Shown: one piece after another, positions 7,968 to 16,677 of the stretch | How positions within the stretch are numbered: position 1 is the first letter of the stretch | How the letters are laid out: each line of letters starts with the position of its first letter | Source of the DNA: Pyrobaculum aerophilum str. IM2 | GTDB taxonomy: Archaea > Thermoproteota > Thermoprotei > Thermoproteales > Thermoproteaceae | Assembly (NCBI RefSeq): GCF_000007225.1 | Contig: NC_003364.1 | Coordinates: 1,320,001-1,352,000, forward strand | DNA: 32,000 nucleotides | Reading direction: 5' to 3' | Made by a program: the position numbers and the translations under genes | The notes under the pieces: generated by a model | Told to the model about the DNA's origin: nothing | Seen by the model: only the letters and a program-made list of their open reading frames with translations | Database searches by the model: none

Positions 7968-8468
7968 GTGATACGCCGTTGTACTGCTTCAGATGTGCCT
8001 TATATACTAGAAATTGAGCGCAAGTCGTTTAAGCCAGAGGATATTTACAGCGACGAGCTTTTGAAGTTTTTATGTGCCTACTGCAACGACTACTCCTATG
8101 TCTATGTATTAAACGGCACTGTGGCCGGCTATATTATTACATGCCACGAGGGCAACGCGGCGCACGTGATTTCAATAGCAGTGGCGCCCGAATACCGCAG
8201 ACGCGGCATAGGAAAGCGTCTGTTGTGCACAGCTCTGAGACTCATGGCTACTGGAAAAGTATCTGAAGTCTTCCTAGAGGTTAGAGTTAGCAACGCGCCA
8301 GCGCTACATTTGTACAAATCAGCGGGGTTTGAAGTGGCAGAGTTCTTAAAGTCGTATTACAGCGATGGAGAAGACGGCTATAGGCTAGTGCTTAGAGACA
8401 GGGAAAAAGCCAGGAAATTCTGCGTAAGGGAGTTAGAAATGCAAGGAGGAATTCAGACTAGGGCGTAG
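7968..8468 (+). CDS. GNAT N-acetyltransferase (RimI/Ard1-like protein N-alpha-acetyltransferase)
   Basis: The acetyl-CoA motif is IAVAPEYRRRGIGKRLL, with NAPALHLYKSAGF downstream. I prefer the in-frame GTG at 7968 (VIRRCTASDVPYILEIE...). A TATA-like TTTTAATATAG sits about 25 nt upstream, and the 37-aa extension from 7857 looks non-protein-like. Confidence 0.8.
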   Translation: MIRRCTASDVPYILEIERKSFKPEDIYSDELLKFLCAYCNDYSYVYVLNGTVAGYIITCHEGNAAHVISIAVAPEYRRRGIGKRLLCTALRLMATGKVSEVFLEVRVSNAPALHLYKSAGFEVAEFLKSYYSDGEDGYRLVLRDREKARKFCVRELEMQGGIQTRA

Positions 8469-8553
8469 AGCGATCAACGCGCTTTTGGTTGTGGGGGTTC
8501 AGCAACTAGTATTTTATCTGTAGTGAATATTAAGAGGAAAGCCTCTCATATAA

Positions 8554-11412
8554 GTGTACGCCTTCGTTGATCTGCCTTTTAGTCCCAGCGGCGTTACGCA
8601 CTTAATACGCCGTCATAAGTCAGTGGGCTTCGAGAGAGAGTTGAAAGAGCTGTATGAGGTATTAAAAGCGGCCAGGGAGGGCAATAACAACGTATTGGCC
8701 GTCATAATAGCGCCGTATGGGTGGGGGAAGAGCGAGCTCTTAGACGAGTTAGAGGCGCTGGCCGAGAAGGAGGGGTTTGACATATATAGAACGGCGCTAT
8801 CCCTAGAGGGAGAGTTTACTATAGATATCGCGTTGAAAAAGCGGAATAAGCCTATGCTTGTGTTAATAGACGAAGCTGATGAGCTCTCTCGCATTGTTGC
8901 AGTGCACAAACTGGGCGTGTTGGGCGATGAGAAATTTGTCAAAACAGTGCAAAAAGTCGCCACTTATATAAGAGCTTTGCTAGAGCCTAGATCTTATAAA
9001 AACATCCTGGGCGATCCCGAGAGATTTAATAAAATAGCTATAGTAGTGGCCCTAACGCCACAGTTGTATTATACTATTTTAAAAAATGTAGTACCAGATG
9101 TATTTGATATAACTAGTGGTAGAGTGTATAGAGAAATTATAATAGATACCAGATTTCCATTTTGGCAATTTGTCGAAGTTGTAAAACAGAGGCTGTTGGC
9201 CTATTCAGACACGGAGAGAGTTAGGGAGATAGAAAGAGGCAAGATAGACCTCCTCACTCCCTTTACATTATACGACTTGGCGGCAGTATACCACTTGGCT
9301 AAAAGGCGAGGCGAGGTGGCCCCCAGGCCTCTTCTAAAGCTCATGGCAAGGCTTTTCCAAATTAAGAAAGAAGGCGGCAGGCTGGCGCATTTACTAAGAG
9401 AGGAGGGGTTTAACCCAGACTTAGACGATGAAATTTTAGAAATAGTCTTCGCGGCTATACCAGTTGAACACAAAAAGCCATATTTAAAAGAAGTATATCT
9501 ATATAAAATACCATTTGAAGACAAGGAGGCATTAAACATAGCAAGGGAATATTTAGTAGTCAGGGGTAAAGAACTTGACATAAAAGATCCTAAAAACGTA
9601 TCATATGAGCCGTATCTATACTATTCGCTTATAGAAGACGGCCGCCTTTTCGTCTACTTAATAGCGGAAGAGAATTTAGGCATCGAAAAGTACCTAGTTG
9701 GCAAGAGGTACGTAGTCGCTGAGGATGTGGCAAAGCTCGTTGGCTGGGAGGAGGCCCAATCCGTCGCCATAGTTGCGAAGGAGTTGAGCCAGAGGCTTGA
9801 GAGCCCAATAGCCCTGTTGGAAGAGGCAGAACGGGCGTTAGGCATAGAAGGCGTGAAGCTGAGGCGATGTTGCGGATATGCCACATGGTCAAATAAAATG
9901 GGAGTGCGCGAAGCTTACCTCTTTCTCTACGTAGACCGGGAGGACGAGTTAAAGCGGGTTGTGGAAGAGCTGGCTGAAGTAGTGTCGCAAGGAGTTATAA
10001 ATGGTTATGTCGTGGACTATTTAAACGTCCTCCTCGTAAGCCGGGTCTTGCTCACAGAGACTATTCAACAAGCCACATCGCCTTTAATGTCGGCGTATTG
10101 GAAACGCCTATTTCCAGATCCCGTCTCTAAGTTTACAACCCTTGAGATCTACGGCGCAGACAAGTATGAAAAACTGAAGCAACAGTTAATTAAATACGCA
10201 GTTGATAAGATCTTAAAGAGGGGGGAAAAGCCGCCTGAATTCGTAGACGCGGTGATGCTCGGGAGGGAAAGGGCGAGGGAGAATGTGCTCAAATACACAC
10301 TAGCTTTGAAAAAAGGAAAGGAGAAAAAGGCTATAGCGCTTATCAAATTAGCTGAGGCCCTTGAAGAGGGGGGAGAGGTAGAGGGCCTTAAGGCCTACCG
10401 CGAGATAGAAGAAATATTACTAAACGCGTTTGAAGACTCTATTCACGAAAAGGAGTTTAAGTCATTAATAAACACGCTATTCCCCGTTAACTTATGGAGG
10501 GAAATTAGAGAGGACGATGTAGTGGAGTTAATGAAGCTGAGAGGGCAAATAATCCCTATTGGCGACAGGCTTTACAAATATAGAGAGGATTTGGCAAAAC
10601 GCTATATGTCAGAGGTCTTGCGCCAGTTAGAAGCCCTGAGAGAAGTGAAAGTAGAGAGGCAGACGCCGGCAGGCCCTATAAAACTAGTAAGAGTATTAGA
10701 CATTGGCGAGATAGAGGCCGCGTTCACGGACAAGAAAAGCTACGCAAAGGCTTTAAGAGAGGCGTTATTAAAGCTCCAGGTAATAAAGGAAAAATACAAC
10801 GAAATAAAAACAGAGCTAGAGCGAGAGACAGAGGAGAAGGCGAGATTAATCAAAAGAATGTATTCTCTGCTGGAAAAGTTTCCCCAGAGGAGGAAATTCG
10901 TAAACCTCGAAAAATTAGATGAGGAGATTGTGAGGAGAGAAGAGGCCATTGCCCAAAAGACAGAAGAAGCCTTACATGTGTGGAGCGGAATTAAACACAT
11001 GGCCAGCGCAGTTGGGTCGCGGCTAGACGTGGAGAGAGACTTGGCAGTATTATTAGAGTTGCCCGAGCCCTGGATAGCCGACTACGTGGCAGTGCTGAAA
11101 ATTTACTCCTCAGAGCTCGAGAAAAAATACGCGCTATTCTTGGAGAAAGAAAAAGCGAAAAAAACCGCGTTAGAATGGCTGAAATCGAAATTCGGAGTAG
11201 AAAGCGAAGATATAGATACTGCGTTAACTACAGTGGCTACTAAGATTGGCGTGAATATAAAACTACTCGAGGCTGTTGCCAAGAGGGGGAAAGGAGCCGT
11301 TCTTGAAGTAGATCAGCTCGCCGTAGAGACCGGCCTCAAAAAAGAGGAGGTAGAGAGAGAGCTAGAAAGGCTTTACAAGGCTGGCGCAGTGGAGAAGAAA
11401 TATGTCGCTTAA
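8554..11412 (+). CDS. Large P-loop NTPase (ORC/Cdc6-, Arch_ATPase- or BrxC/DUF499-like N-terminus) with a long helical/coiled-coil body and a C-terminal winged-helix-like tail; function unknown
   Basis: 952 aa. Residues 25-40 (GFERELKELYEVL) resemble the 'GRE.EL..L' lead-in of archaeal STAND/ORC-like ATPases. Walker A is APYGWGKSEL (residues 53-62, about nt 8710-8739) and Walker B is MLVLIDEADEL (residues 101-111, about nt 8854-8886). Residues about 730-880 are heptad-like and E/K/L-rich. The C-terminus ...LAVETGLKKEEVERELERLYKAGAVEKKYV looks like a wHTH. GTG start. Confidence 0.8.
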   Translation: MYAFVDLPFSPSGVTHLIRRHKSVGFERELKELYEVLKAAREGNNNVLAVIIAPYGWGKSELLDELEALAEKEGFDIYRTALSLEGEFTIDIALKKRNKPMLVLIDEADELSRIVAVHKLGVLGDEKFVKTVQKVATYIRALLEPRSYKNILGDPERFNKIAIVVALTPQLYYTILKNVVPDVFDITSGRVYREIIIDTRFPFWQFVEVVKQRLLAYSDTERVREIERGKIDLLTPFTLYDLAAVYHLAKRRGEVAPRPLLKLMARLFQIKKEGGRLAHLLREEGFNPDLDDEILEIVFAAIPVEHKKPYLKEVYLYKIPFEDKEALNIAREYLVVRGKELDIKDPKNVSYEPYLYYSLIEDGRLFVYLIAEENLGIEKYLVGKRYVVAEDVAKLVGWEEAQSVAIVAKELSQRLESPIALLEEAERALGIEGVKLRRCCGYATWSNKMGVREAYLFLYVDREDELKRVVEELAEVVSQGVINGYVVDYLNVLLVSRVLLTETIQQATSPLMSAYWKRLFPDPVSKFTTLEIYGADKYEKLKQQLIKYAVDKILKRGEKPPEFVDAVMLGRERARENVLKYTLALKKGKEKKAIALIKLAEALEEGGEVEGLKAYREIEEILLNAFEDSIHEKEFKSLINTLFPVNLWREIREDDVVELMKLRGQIIPIGDRLYKYREDLAKRYMSEVLRQLEALREVKVERQTPAGPIKLVRVLDIGEIEAAFTDKKSYAKALREALLKLQVIKEKYNEIKTELERETEEKARLIKRMYSLLEKFPQRRKFVNLEKLDEEIVRREEAIAQKTEEALHVWSGIKHMASAVGSRLDVERDLAVLLELPEPWIADYVAVLKIYSSELEKKYALFLEKEKAKKTALEWLKSKFGVESEDIDTALTTVATKIGVNIKLLEAVAKRGKGAVLEVDQLAVETGLKKEEVERELERLYKAGAVEKKYVA

Positions 11413-11917
11413 AGTTATAGTGCTCACAGAGGGCGTTGCTGTGAGGGAAGAGGGAGATGTGATTATTGACGCCGCTGGACAGCCACAGTTTTTTGACGTG
11501 ATAATCTTAAGCGGTAAGGAGTTGAAGTCCATTGTGGCAACAGGCGTTGTAAACATCGGCGTGCCTATCGGCATAGGGAAGTATACGAAAAAGCCCGTGG
11601 CTGCCGTGGTAGGCGATAAGGTATACATCAAGGGTATACCGTTGACGCTATATAAAGAGACGGGGATGTTGGAGAGGGAATTGGCAGAGGCGTTAAAAAA
11701 GACTGGCAATGAGACAGAGGCGGTGTTAAAAAAACTTAAAGAAATCGTCATTTCAGAAAGGCGGCGTCATAAAAAGTCGCATACATTATCTATACTAAGC
11801 AAATATATATCGGGCGAAATAGACGAATTGCCCCCGCACTTGGCAGATATCGTGGGGAGCCTCGATAAGGACTCTCTTAGGAGCGTCTTTGAGAAATTAG
11901 TAGAGGATGTGTATTAA
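11402..11917 (+). CDS. Hypothetical protein, middle gene of the ATPase-NurA operon
   Basis: 171 aa. The ATG overlaps the upstream stop by 11 nt, and its TAA shares one nt with the downstream ATG (TAATG). The N-terminal ~90 aa are beta-rich and the C-terminal ~80 aa are helical. No family was recognised. Confidence 0.6.
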   Translation: MSLKVIVLTEGVAVREEGDVIIDAAGQPQFFDVIILSGKELKSIVATGVVNIGVPIGIGKYTKKPVAAVVGDKVYIKGIPLTLYKETGMLERELAEALKKTGNETEAVLKKLKEIVISERRRHKKSHTLSILSKYISGEIDELPPHLADIVGSLDKDSLRSVFEKLVEDVY

Positions 11918-12663
11918 TGCGCGACCTTCTCTCACAGCTCCTGAGATTTGCTGAGCTGGAATATACTTTAAGGAAATTAGAGGTGCCTGAAGCGTTGAGA
12001 AAACTAGTCGTTCCGTGTGAAAGCGAAGACAAGCCAGACTACTACGCCGTTGATTCCGGCTATGTCGTGCAAAAAATTGGCTCCTTTGACGTTTTAATTC
12101 AGTCTATTGTCGCGGTGGGGAGAGAGGTTAGAAGGAGGTTTTTAATTAAAAAGGTGGTTGAGGATGTACATACTGAGGCTAGGAGGCGGGAGATACGTTT
12201 TGCCGAATCAATTGACGCAGATATCGTCCTCGTTGACGGGCCGCTAACGCCGTACGTGGGCGTTACAAGGGTAATTGGAGTTTCAAAAGATCCGAGGCTT
12301 GTTAGATACGGTCCTAGAATAGAAGACGACGCGACGAGAGATCTATTTGTAAGGCTCTCTAAGAGGTGGGGAGAAAGAGAGGTGGCAGGCGCGTTGCTGG
12401 CAAGCGTCCCTGCGGGATCCTACCTCTTGCCGGTTGACATAGGCGGTTTACGTGGCACTTTTTTCAAAAGCGAATGGGTGTTATATGTAGAATTTCCAAA
12501 AAATCTATCGGCAGATGCGCTGTGCGCCTTGTTTAAGAGATATCCAGTGAGGCTTAGAGTGGCGCACCACCTCGCCAAGATCGGCAGGGAATATGTAAAA
12601 AGCGTGAGGGCAGTTCTGTCATCTCTTATGGGCGCTTCTCTACACTTTAGAGATATACTATGA
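11917..12663 (+). CDS. NurA-like nuclease (minimal RNase-H-like NurA domain)
   Basis: 248 aa. The ordered motifs are YYAVDSGY (D46), TEARRRE (E87/E92), IVLVDGPLTPY (D107), IGVSKD (K124) and RYPVRLRVAHHLAKI (H217/H218). They match the D-E-D-H catalytic layout and the 'aiDgS ... llDGsL ... gvSK ... YP..L..AH..a' pattern I know from the NurA family. It is much shorter than characterised NurA proteins. Confidence 0.65.
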   Translation: MRDLLSQLLRFAELEYTLRKLEVPEALRKLVVPCESEDKPDYYAVDSGYVVQKIGSFDVLIQSIVAVGREVRRRFLIKKVVEDVHTEARRREIRFAESIDADIVLVDGPLTPYVGVTRVIGVSKDPRLVRYGPRIEDDATRDLFVRLSKRWGEREVAGALLASVPAGSYLLPVDIGGLRGTFFKSEWVLYVEFPKNLSADALCALFKRYPVRLRVAHHLAKIGREYVKSVRAVLSSLMGASLHFRDIL

Positions 12664-12798
12664 CCCTTTGTAAATGTAAACTAACTGTGCAAGCGCCATG
12701 TTAATACAATCGTCAAGCGAATCAAAGTTATATCTCTTGCATATTTTATATAGTTGTTCTAATTCTTCCTCCGAAAGAGGAATTATAACTTGTTCCAT
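12658..12798 (-). CDS. Small ribbon-helix-helix (CopG/Arc-like) protein, not in the supplied ORF track
   Basis: My translation gives MEQVIIPLSEEELEQLYKICKRYNFDSLDDCINMALAQLVYIYKGS* (46 aa), a beta-strand followed by two helices as in RHH proteins. A TATA-like GGTATATAATTC (12816-12827, minus strand) is centred about 24 nt upstream of the ATG. The stop overlaps the NurA-like gene's 3' end by 6 nt. Confidence 0.55.
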   Translation of the reverse strand: MEQVIIPLSEEELEQLYKICKRYNFDSLDDCINMALAQLVYIYKGS

Positions 12799-12815
12799 AT
12801 TGAAGAGTAAGCCCT

Positions 12816-12827
12816 GAATTATATACC
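12816..12827 (-). promoter_or_regulatory. TATA-like box for the 46-aa RHH ORF
   Basis: The minus strand reads GGTATATAATTC, about 24 nt upstream of the ATG at 12798. This is the same spacing seen for most genes in the window. Confidence 0.45.
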
Positions 12828-12883
12828 CCCTTTACAAAAAACGTACACGTAAACATATATATACAGTCCCGGTGGGGGGTTCA

Positions 12884-14065
12884 ATGAGAGGATTCTCCCC
12901 CAGAATTGGTGCCCTTAGAGAATCGCCTACGCGTAAAATTGACGAGCTGAGGGAGAAGCTCAGGAGGGAAAACCGTGATGTAATACTACTCTCCACGGGC
13001 CAGCCCTCCATTCCGCCGCCGCGTGAAGTGAGGGAGGCGCTCGGCGAACTCCTTAAAGTAGACACAATGGAGCTATATGGCTATACGCCGAGCCAGGGGA
13101 TATATGAGGTGAGACAGGCGATATCTGAAGACTTGAGAAGACTGGGAGGGCTTGAGGTGCCGCCAGAGCAAATAGTGTTAACCGCGGGAGGCCAAGCCGC
13201 CATGTTCTCCACGTTGGCAACACTAATAGAGCCGGGCGATGAGGTGGTGGTAACAGATCCCACTTACTTCGGCTACAAGCCTCTCCTCGAATATTTTGGC
13301 GCTGTTGTAAAACCAGTGAGAACCCGCTTAGAGGACGGCTTCCAGCCAAATCCGGAGGCGCTTAAAGATTCTGTGAGCAGAAAGACCAAGGCGTTAATAC
13401 TGGTATCCCCTGACAATCCCACTGGGAGGGCCTTGAAGGAGGAGGCGGCTAAGGCCGTGGTAGACCTTGCCGAGGATTACGACTTCTGGATAATAACAGA
13501 CGAGGCATACAAGACGTTGATTTACGAGGGGAGTCATATATATTTGTATAAACTCGCCCCGGACCGCACTATTTCAATAAATACCTTTTCCAAGGATCCC
13601 GCCATACCTGGATGGCGCCTCGGATACGTATACGGTCCTCCTGAGGTCATGCCGAAGATAAAGCTGGTTAACGAGGAGATGGTATACTGCCCCCCCTCCT
13701 TCGCTCAAAGGCTAGTGGCAATATATCTACGCTCTGAGGCGAGAATGCGGTATATAAGAGAAGTGGTGGAGATATATCGCCAGAAGAGAGATGTGGCAGT
13801 AGCAGCTCTGAGGAAGTACGTGCCCGAGGCGCGGTTTATAGTGCCGGCGGGCTCTATGTTTATTTTCGTCGACTTGTCTAGATATATAAGCGACGGCGAG
13901 AGTTTTGCCAGAGAGCTGTTGGAGAGATACGGCGTGGCGGTGGTCCCCGGCTCTTACTTCAGCGAGATCTACCGGGCAGCCGTTAGGATATCATTTGTAA
14001 CAGAGCCCCCCCACCGGCTTGAGGAGGGGATACGCAGAATTGGGGAGGCGCTGAAAGCCACGTGA
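12884..14065 (+). CDS. Class I/II PLP-dependent aminotransferase (aspartate aminotransferase-like)
   Basis: About 393 aa. The pattern is ...GQPS.PPP...YTPSQGI..R.AI...; the PLP-lysine context is NTFSKDPAIPGWRLGY, with a terminal RISF. I prefer the ATG at 12884 (MRGFSPR) because CATATATATAC is centred about 26 nt upstream. The ORF track lists a GTG at 12872. Confidence 0.9.
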   Translation: MRGFSPRIGALRESPTRKIDELREKLRRENRDVILLSTGQPSIPPPREVREALGELLKVDTMELYGYTPSQGIYEVRQAISEDLRRLGGLEVPPEQIVLTAGGQAAMFSTLATLIEPGDEVVVTDPTYFGYKPLLEYFGAVVKPVRTRLEDGFQPNPEALKDSVSRKTKALILVSPDNPTGRALKEEAAKAVVDLAEDYDFWIITDEAYKTLIYEGSHIYLYKLAPDRTISINTFSKDPAIPGWRLGYVYGPPEVMPKIKLVNEEMVYCPPSFAQRLVAIYLRSEARMRYIREVVEIYRQKRDVAVAALRKYVPEARFIVPAGSMFIFVDLSRYISDGESFARELLERYGVAVVPGSYFSEIYRAAVRISFVTEPPHRLEEGIRRIGEALKAT

Positions 14066-14535
14066 TCTCATTGGAAACTCTTCTGTATTTAATACAGGGG
14101 GAGAGAGTGCTTCTCATTCTGAAGAAAAGAGGGCTTGGCAAAGGGCTTTTCAACGGCGTTGGCGGGAAGGTAAAGCCAGGAGAGACGCCTGAGCAAGCCG
14201 TCGTAAGAGAGGCCGAGGAGGAAATAGGCGTGAAGCCTATACAGCTGAGCTGGAGGGGGTTATTAGAGTTCTGGAATTTAGAAAACGGACAGGTTGAGTC
14301 AATACATTACGTGCACGTCTATGTGTCTGAAAAATACGTGGGCGAGCCGCGGGAAAGCGACGAAGCGGCGCCCCTGTGGTTTGAAAAAGGGAATATCCCC
14401 TACGATAGAATGTGGGAAGATGATCGCCTCTGGTTACCTGTCGTGCTAGATGGGAAGAGGGTCTATGGTAAGTTTGAATTTGAAGATTGGAAATTAAGAA
14501 AATGGATAGTTTACTTACTTCAACAAACTGGCTAA
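14062..14535 (+). CDS. Nudix hydrolase (MutT-like)
   Basis: 157 aa with a complete Nudix box, GGKVKPGETPEQAVVREAEEEIGV. The start overlaps the aminotransferase stop by 4 nt. Confidence 0.85.
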   Translation: MISLETLLYLIQGERVLLILKKRGLGKGLFNGVGGKVKPGETPEQAVVREAEEEIGVKPIQLSWRGLLEFWNLENGQVESIHYVHVYVSEKYVGEPRESDEAAPLWFEKGNIPYDRMWEDDRLWLPVVLDGKRVYGKFEFEDWKLRKWIVYLLQQTG

Positions 14536-15078
14536 CTTCGCCTTTATTTCGCTTAGTTCACTCCTCAGCCTCTCGACTTCTTGTTTCAACCTGGCGTTCT
14601 CCTCGGCTAGTTCTTTACACTCTTTTGGAGCTGTTGCCTGTTGGCAGCGATCGCTTCTAACCCAATAGTAAAGCTCAGTTTTATCTTTTCGCCAGCGCAA
14701 CTCCCCCGTGTTTATGTCCAGTTCTATTTCCGTAATTATCATAAATATATCGCCTTTATCCAAGCCGTATTTAGGCGCCTGTTCGTTGAAAAACCACTCT
14801 TTAATTGCGTCAAACATTTCCTTACTGGATTTCTTAAACTCATCTGAGTCTCTGATTTTGTTGAAAAGCTCTTCGCCCTGCGGGCCGAATTTCCCCCTCA
14901 GAGATCCAGCCAGTGCGCCAAAGAGCAGTCTGAAGAAGTCAGGGCGCCCGCCCGCCCCGTATCTCCCGAAGAGCCTGCCTGCAGACGTCTTTCCAGTATT
15001 CCAGCGAATTACGAGAACTTGCCTCCCCTCCCTCTCTTCAAGGTGTGCCCTTTCCACAGTCCGTTCCTCTTCCGCCAT
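14515..15078 (-). CDS. Hypothetical protein with a C-terminal coiled coil
   Basis: 187 aa. It has a globular N-terminal region followed by ...KELAEENARLKQEVERLRSELSEIKAKLASLL. No family was recognised with confidence. The 3' end overlaps the convergent Nudix gene by 21 nt. Confidence 0.6.
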   Translation of the reverse strand: MAEEERTVERAHLEEREGRQVLVIRWNTGKTSAGRLFGRYGAGGRPDFFRLLFGALAGSLRGKFGPQGEELFNKIRDSDEFKKSSKEMFDAIKEWFFNEQAPKYGLDKGDIFMIITEIELDINTGELRWRKDKTELYYWVRSDRCQQATAPKECKELAEENARLKQEVERLRSELSEIKAKLASLLK

Positions 15079-15093
15079 GTCTATATTATAAGG

Positions 15094-15106
15094 CTTATAA
15101 ATAAAG
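15094..15106. promoter_or_regulatory. Shared A/T box in a 43-bp divergent intergenic region
   Basis: CTTATAAATAAAG lies about 22 nt from the plus-strand start at 15122 and about 22 nt from the minus-strand start at 15078. It can be read as a TATA box on either strand. Confidence 0.4.
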
Positions 15107-15121
15107 ATCTGCCCCTCGGTA

Positions 15122-16021
15122 GTGTATTACAATCAAGTCTTTAGGGGGAGCGTGGCGCGGGGATGCGAATTGTGTTTACTTGGGAGTAAAAGCGTAATTT
15201 TCATAACGGGCCTCTGCCCCCTCAGTTGTCCCTACTGTCCCGTAGGGGCTGACAGGTTCGGAAAGGATGTAATATACGTTAACGATGTGCCGGTGAAGAG
15301 GCTGGAGGACATCCCGAAAATAGTCGCAGAATACGGCTCAGACGGGGCGGCCGTTACAGGCGGCGACCCCTCAGTAGTCGCCGAAAGGGTCAAGGCCGTG
15401 GCGGATTTGTTAAAGAGAGAGTTCGGCGAGGAGTTTCACATCCACATGTATACACACATACTTAACCTAGACAGCAAAAGAGTCGGGATACTGGCGGCTA
15501 GTAAAGTAGACGAGGTGAGAATACATGTCATCTCAAGGGAGCAGGCGGTGGGCAGGGAGAAGTACTTAAAGGCATTAGTCGCCGCAGGAAAAGTAGTGGG
15601 AGTGGAGGTGCCAGCGTTGCCGGGCTACGAGAGGCAAATAGCCGAGGCCATAAACTACCTATCGCCGTATATAAGTTTTGTTAATATTAACGAACTGGAC
15701 GTTTCCGAGACTAACTTAGAGAGGCTGAGGGCCATTGGGTACAAGGCTGAGGGTCTCAATGTCGCTGGCAGTTTAGAGGCGGCTAGGAAAATAGCGCAGA
15801 TGGTGTCAGTGCCTGTACACATCTGCACTGGCAAAACTAAAGACAGAGTGCAAATAGGGTCTCGGCTGTTTAAATATGCGATGAGGACATCAAAACCGCA
15901 CGAATTTGTCCTCGACGACGGCTCTGTGATGTACGACGAGGAGGGATACCACCCGAAAAGCGTGAGGGCTAAAAAAATACGAGTAAAAATCACGTTGGGA
16001 GGCAAAGAGATAGAGGTATAG
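15122..16021 (+). CDS. Radical SAM protein (pyruvate formate-lyase activase-related, COG2108-like)
   Basis: 299 aa. The CxxxCxxC cluster motif is GLCPLSCPYCP near the N-terminus, followed by a GGDPS SAM-binding-type motif. Confidence 0.8.
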   Translation: MYYNQVFRGSVARGCELCLLGSKSVIFITGLCPLSCPYCPVGADRFGKDVIYVNDVPVKRLEDIPKIVAEYGSDGAAVTGGDPSVVAERVKAVADLLKREFGEEFHIHMYTHILNLDSKRVGILAASKVDEVRIHVISREQAVGREKYLKALVAAGKVVGVEVPALPGYERQIAEAINYLSPYISFVNINELDVSETNLERLRAIGYKAEGLNVAGSLEAARKIAQMVSVPVHICTGKTKDRVQIGSRLFKYAMRTSKPHEFVLDDGSVMYDEEGYHPKSVRAKKIRVKITLGGKEIEV

Positions 16022-16046
16022 TTGCTTTTAAAGACAATTACTATAC

Positions 16047-16352
16047 GTGAAGGAAATCTTAGTGATATTGCTCATAACCGCCGTTGTTTTCGCCGCAACG
16101 AACTCAACAGATCCATTTGTAAAGATTAGTCAAACTGTTGAAAGTATACTATCATCAATAGATAAATTTTTACAAAATTTGAAAGATGTACTAAAGACAC
16201 ATATGGTTTCTATTTCGAGGACTCTGTCGGTAATTCTAGGGCTAGTGGGCGCAGTGTTGTATTTCTCAGGGCTGAATAAATACAGCGGGCGCGGGTTAAT
16301 TATAGGGGCAATACTTCTTTACATACTGGCCGATTTTATTAGTTCTATATAA
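16047..16352 (+). CDS. Small membrane protein, hypothetical
   Basis: 101 aa. It has an N-terminal hydrophobic segment (ILVILLITAVVFAA) and two C-terminal hydrophobic segments (LSVILGLVGAVLYF, LIIGAILLYILADFI). No family was recognised. Confidence 0.5.
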   Translation: MKEILVILLITAVVFAATNSTDPFVKISQTVESILSSIDKFLQNLKDVLKTHMVSISRTLSVILGLVGAVLYFSGLNKYSGRGLIIGAILLYILADFISSI

Positions 16353-16654
16353 TAGACAGTTCAGCGAAATGTTTATAATAACGCTGCATTAACCGCTAGC
16401 GCTGACAATTTACACGCCGTTTAGAAGGGGGTTCGACCATTTTGTCAAGAGGCATTGCCGTCACAGCAATAGGGATTTAGAGCACTGCCTCGGAGACGCT
16501 TAACATAGGAGGTTTGCGTTGGAGCCAGATAAGTCCCACTTGACACGTTTATAATGCAATAAATAGTCCCGTAAACATATACTCTTATAAGACGTCTAGA
16601 GAGTAGAAACAGGGATAATAGCGTCGCCCTCTAAGTTAATAACGATAAGAGGTC

Positions 16655-16677
16655 AATAAAAAGGCTTTCGCAAAGCC
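16655..16677 (-). terminator. Hairpin plus U-tract downstream of the rpoP operon
   Basis: On the minus strand, just after the stop at 16685, GGCUUU-GCG-AAAGCC forms a 6-bp stem (16663-16677) and is followed by UUUUUAUU. Oligo-T tracts are the known archaeal termination signal; the role of the hairpin is an inference. Confidence 0.35.

Noticed and set aside
16427-16436. tRNA T-loop-like GGGGGTTCGA
   Set aside because: There is no complementary 3' T-stem strand and no acceptor, D or anticodon arm in the flanks on either strand.
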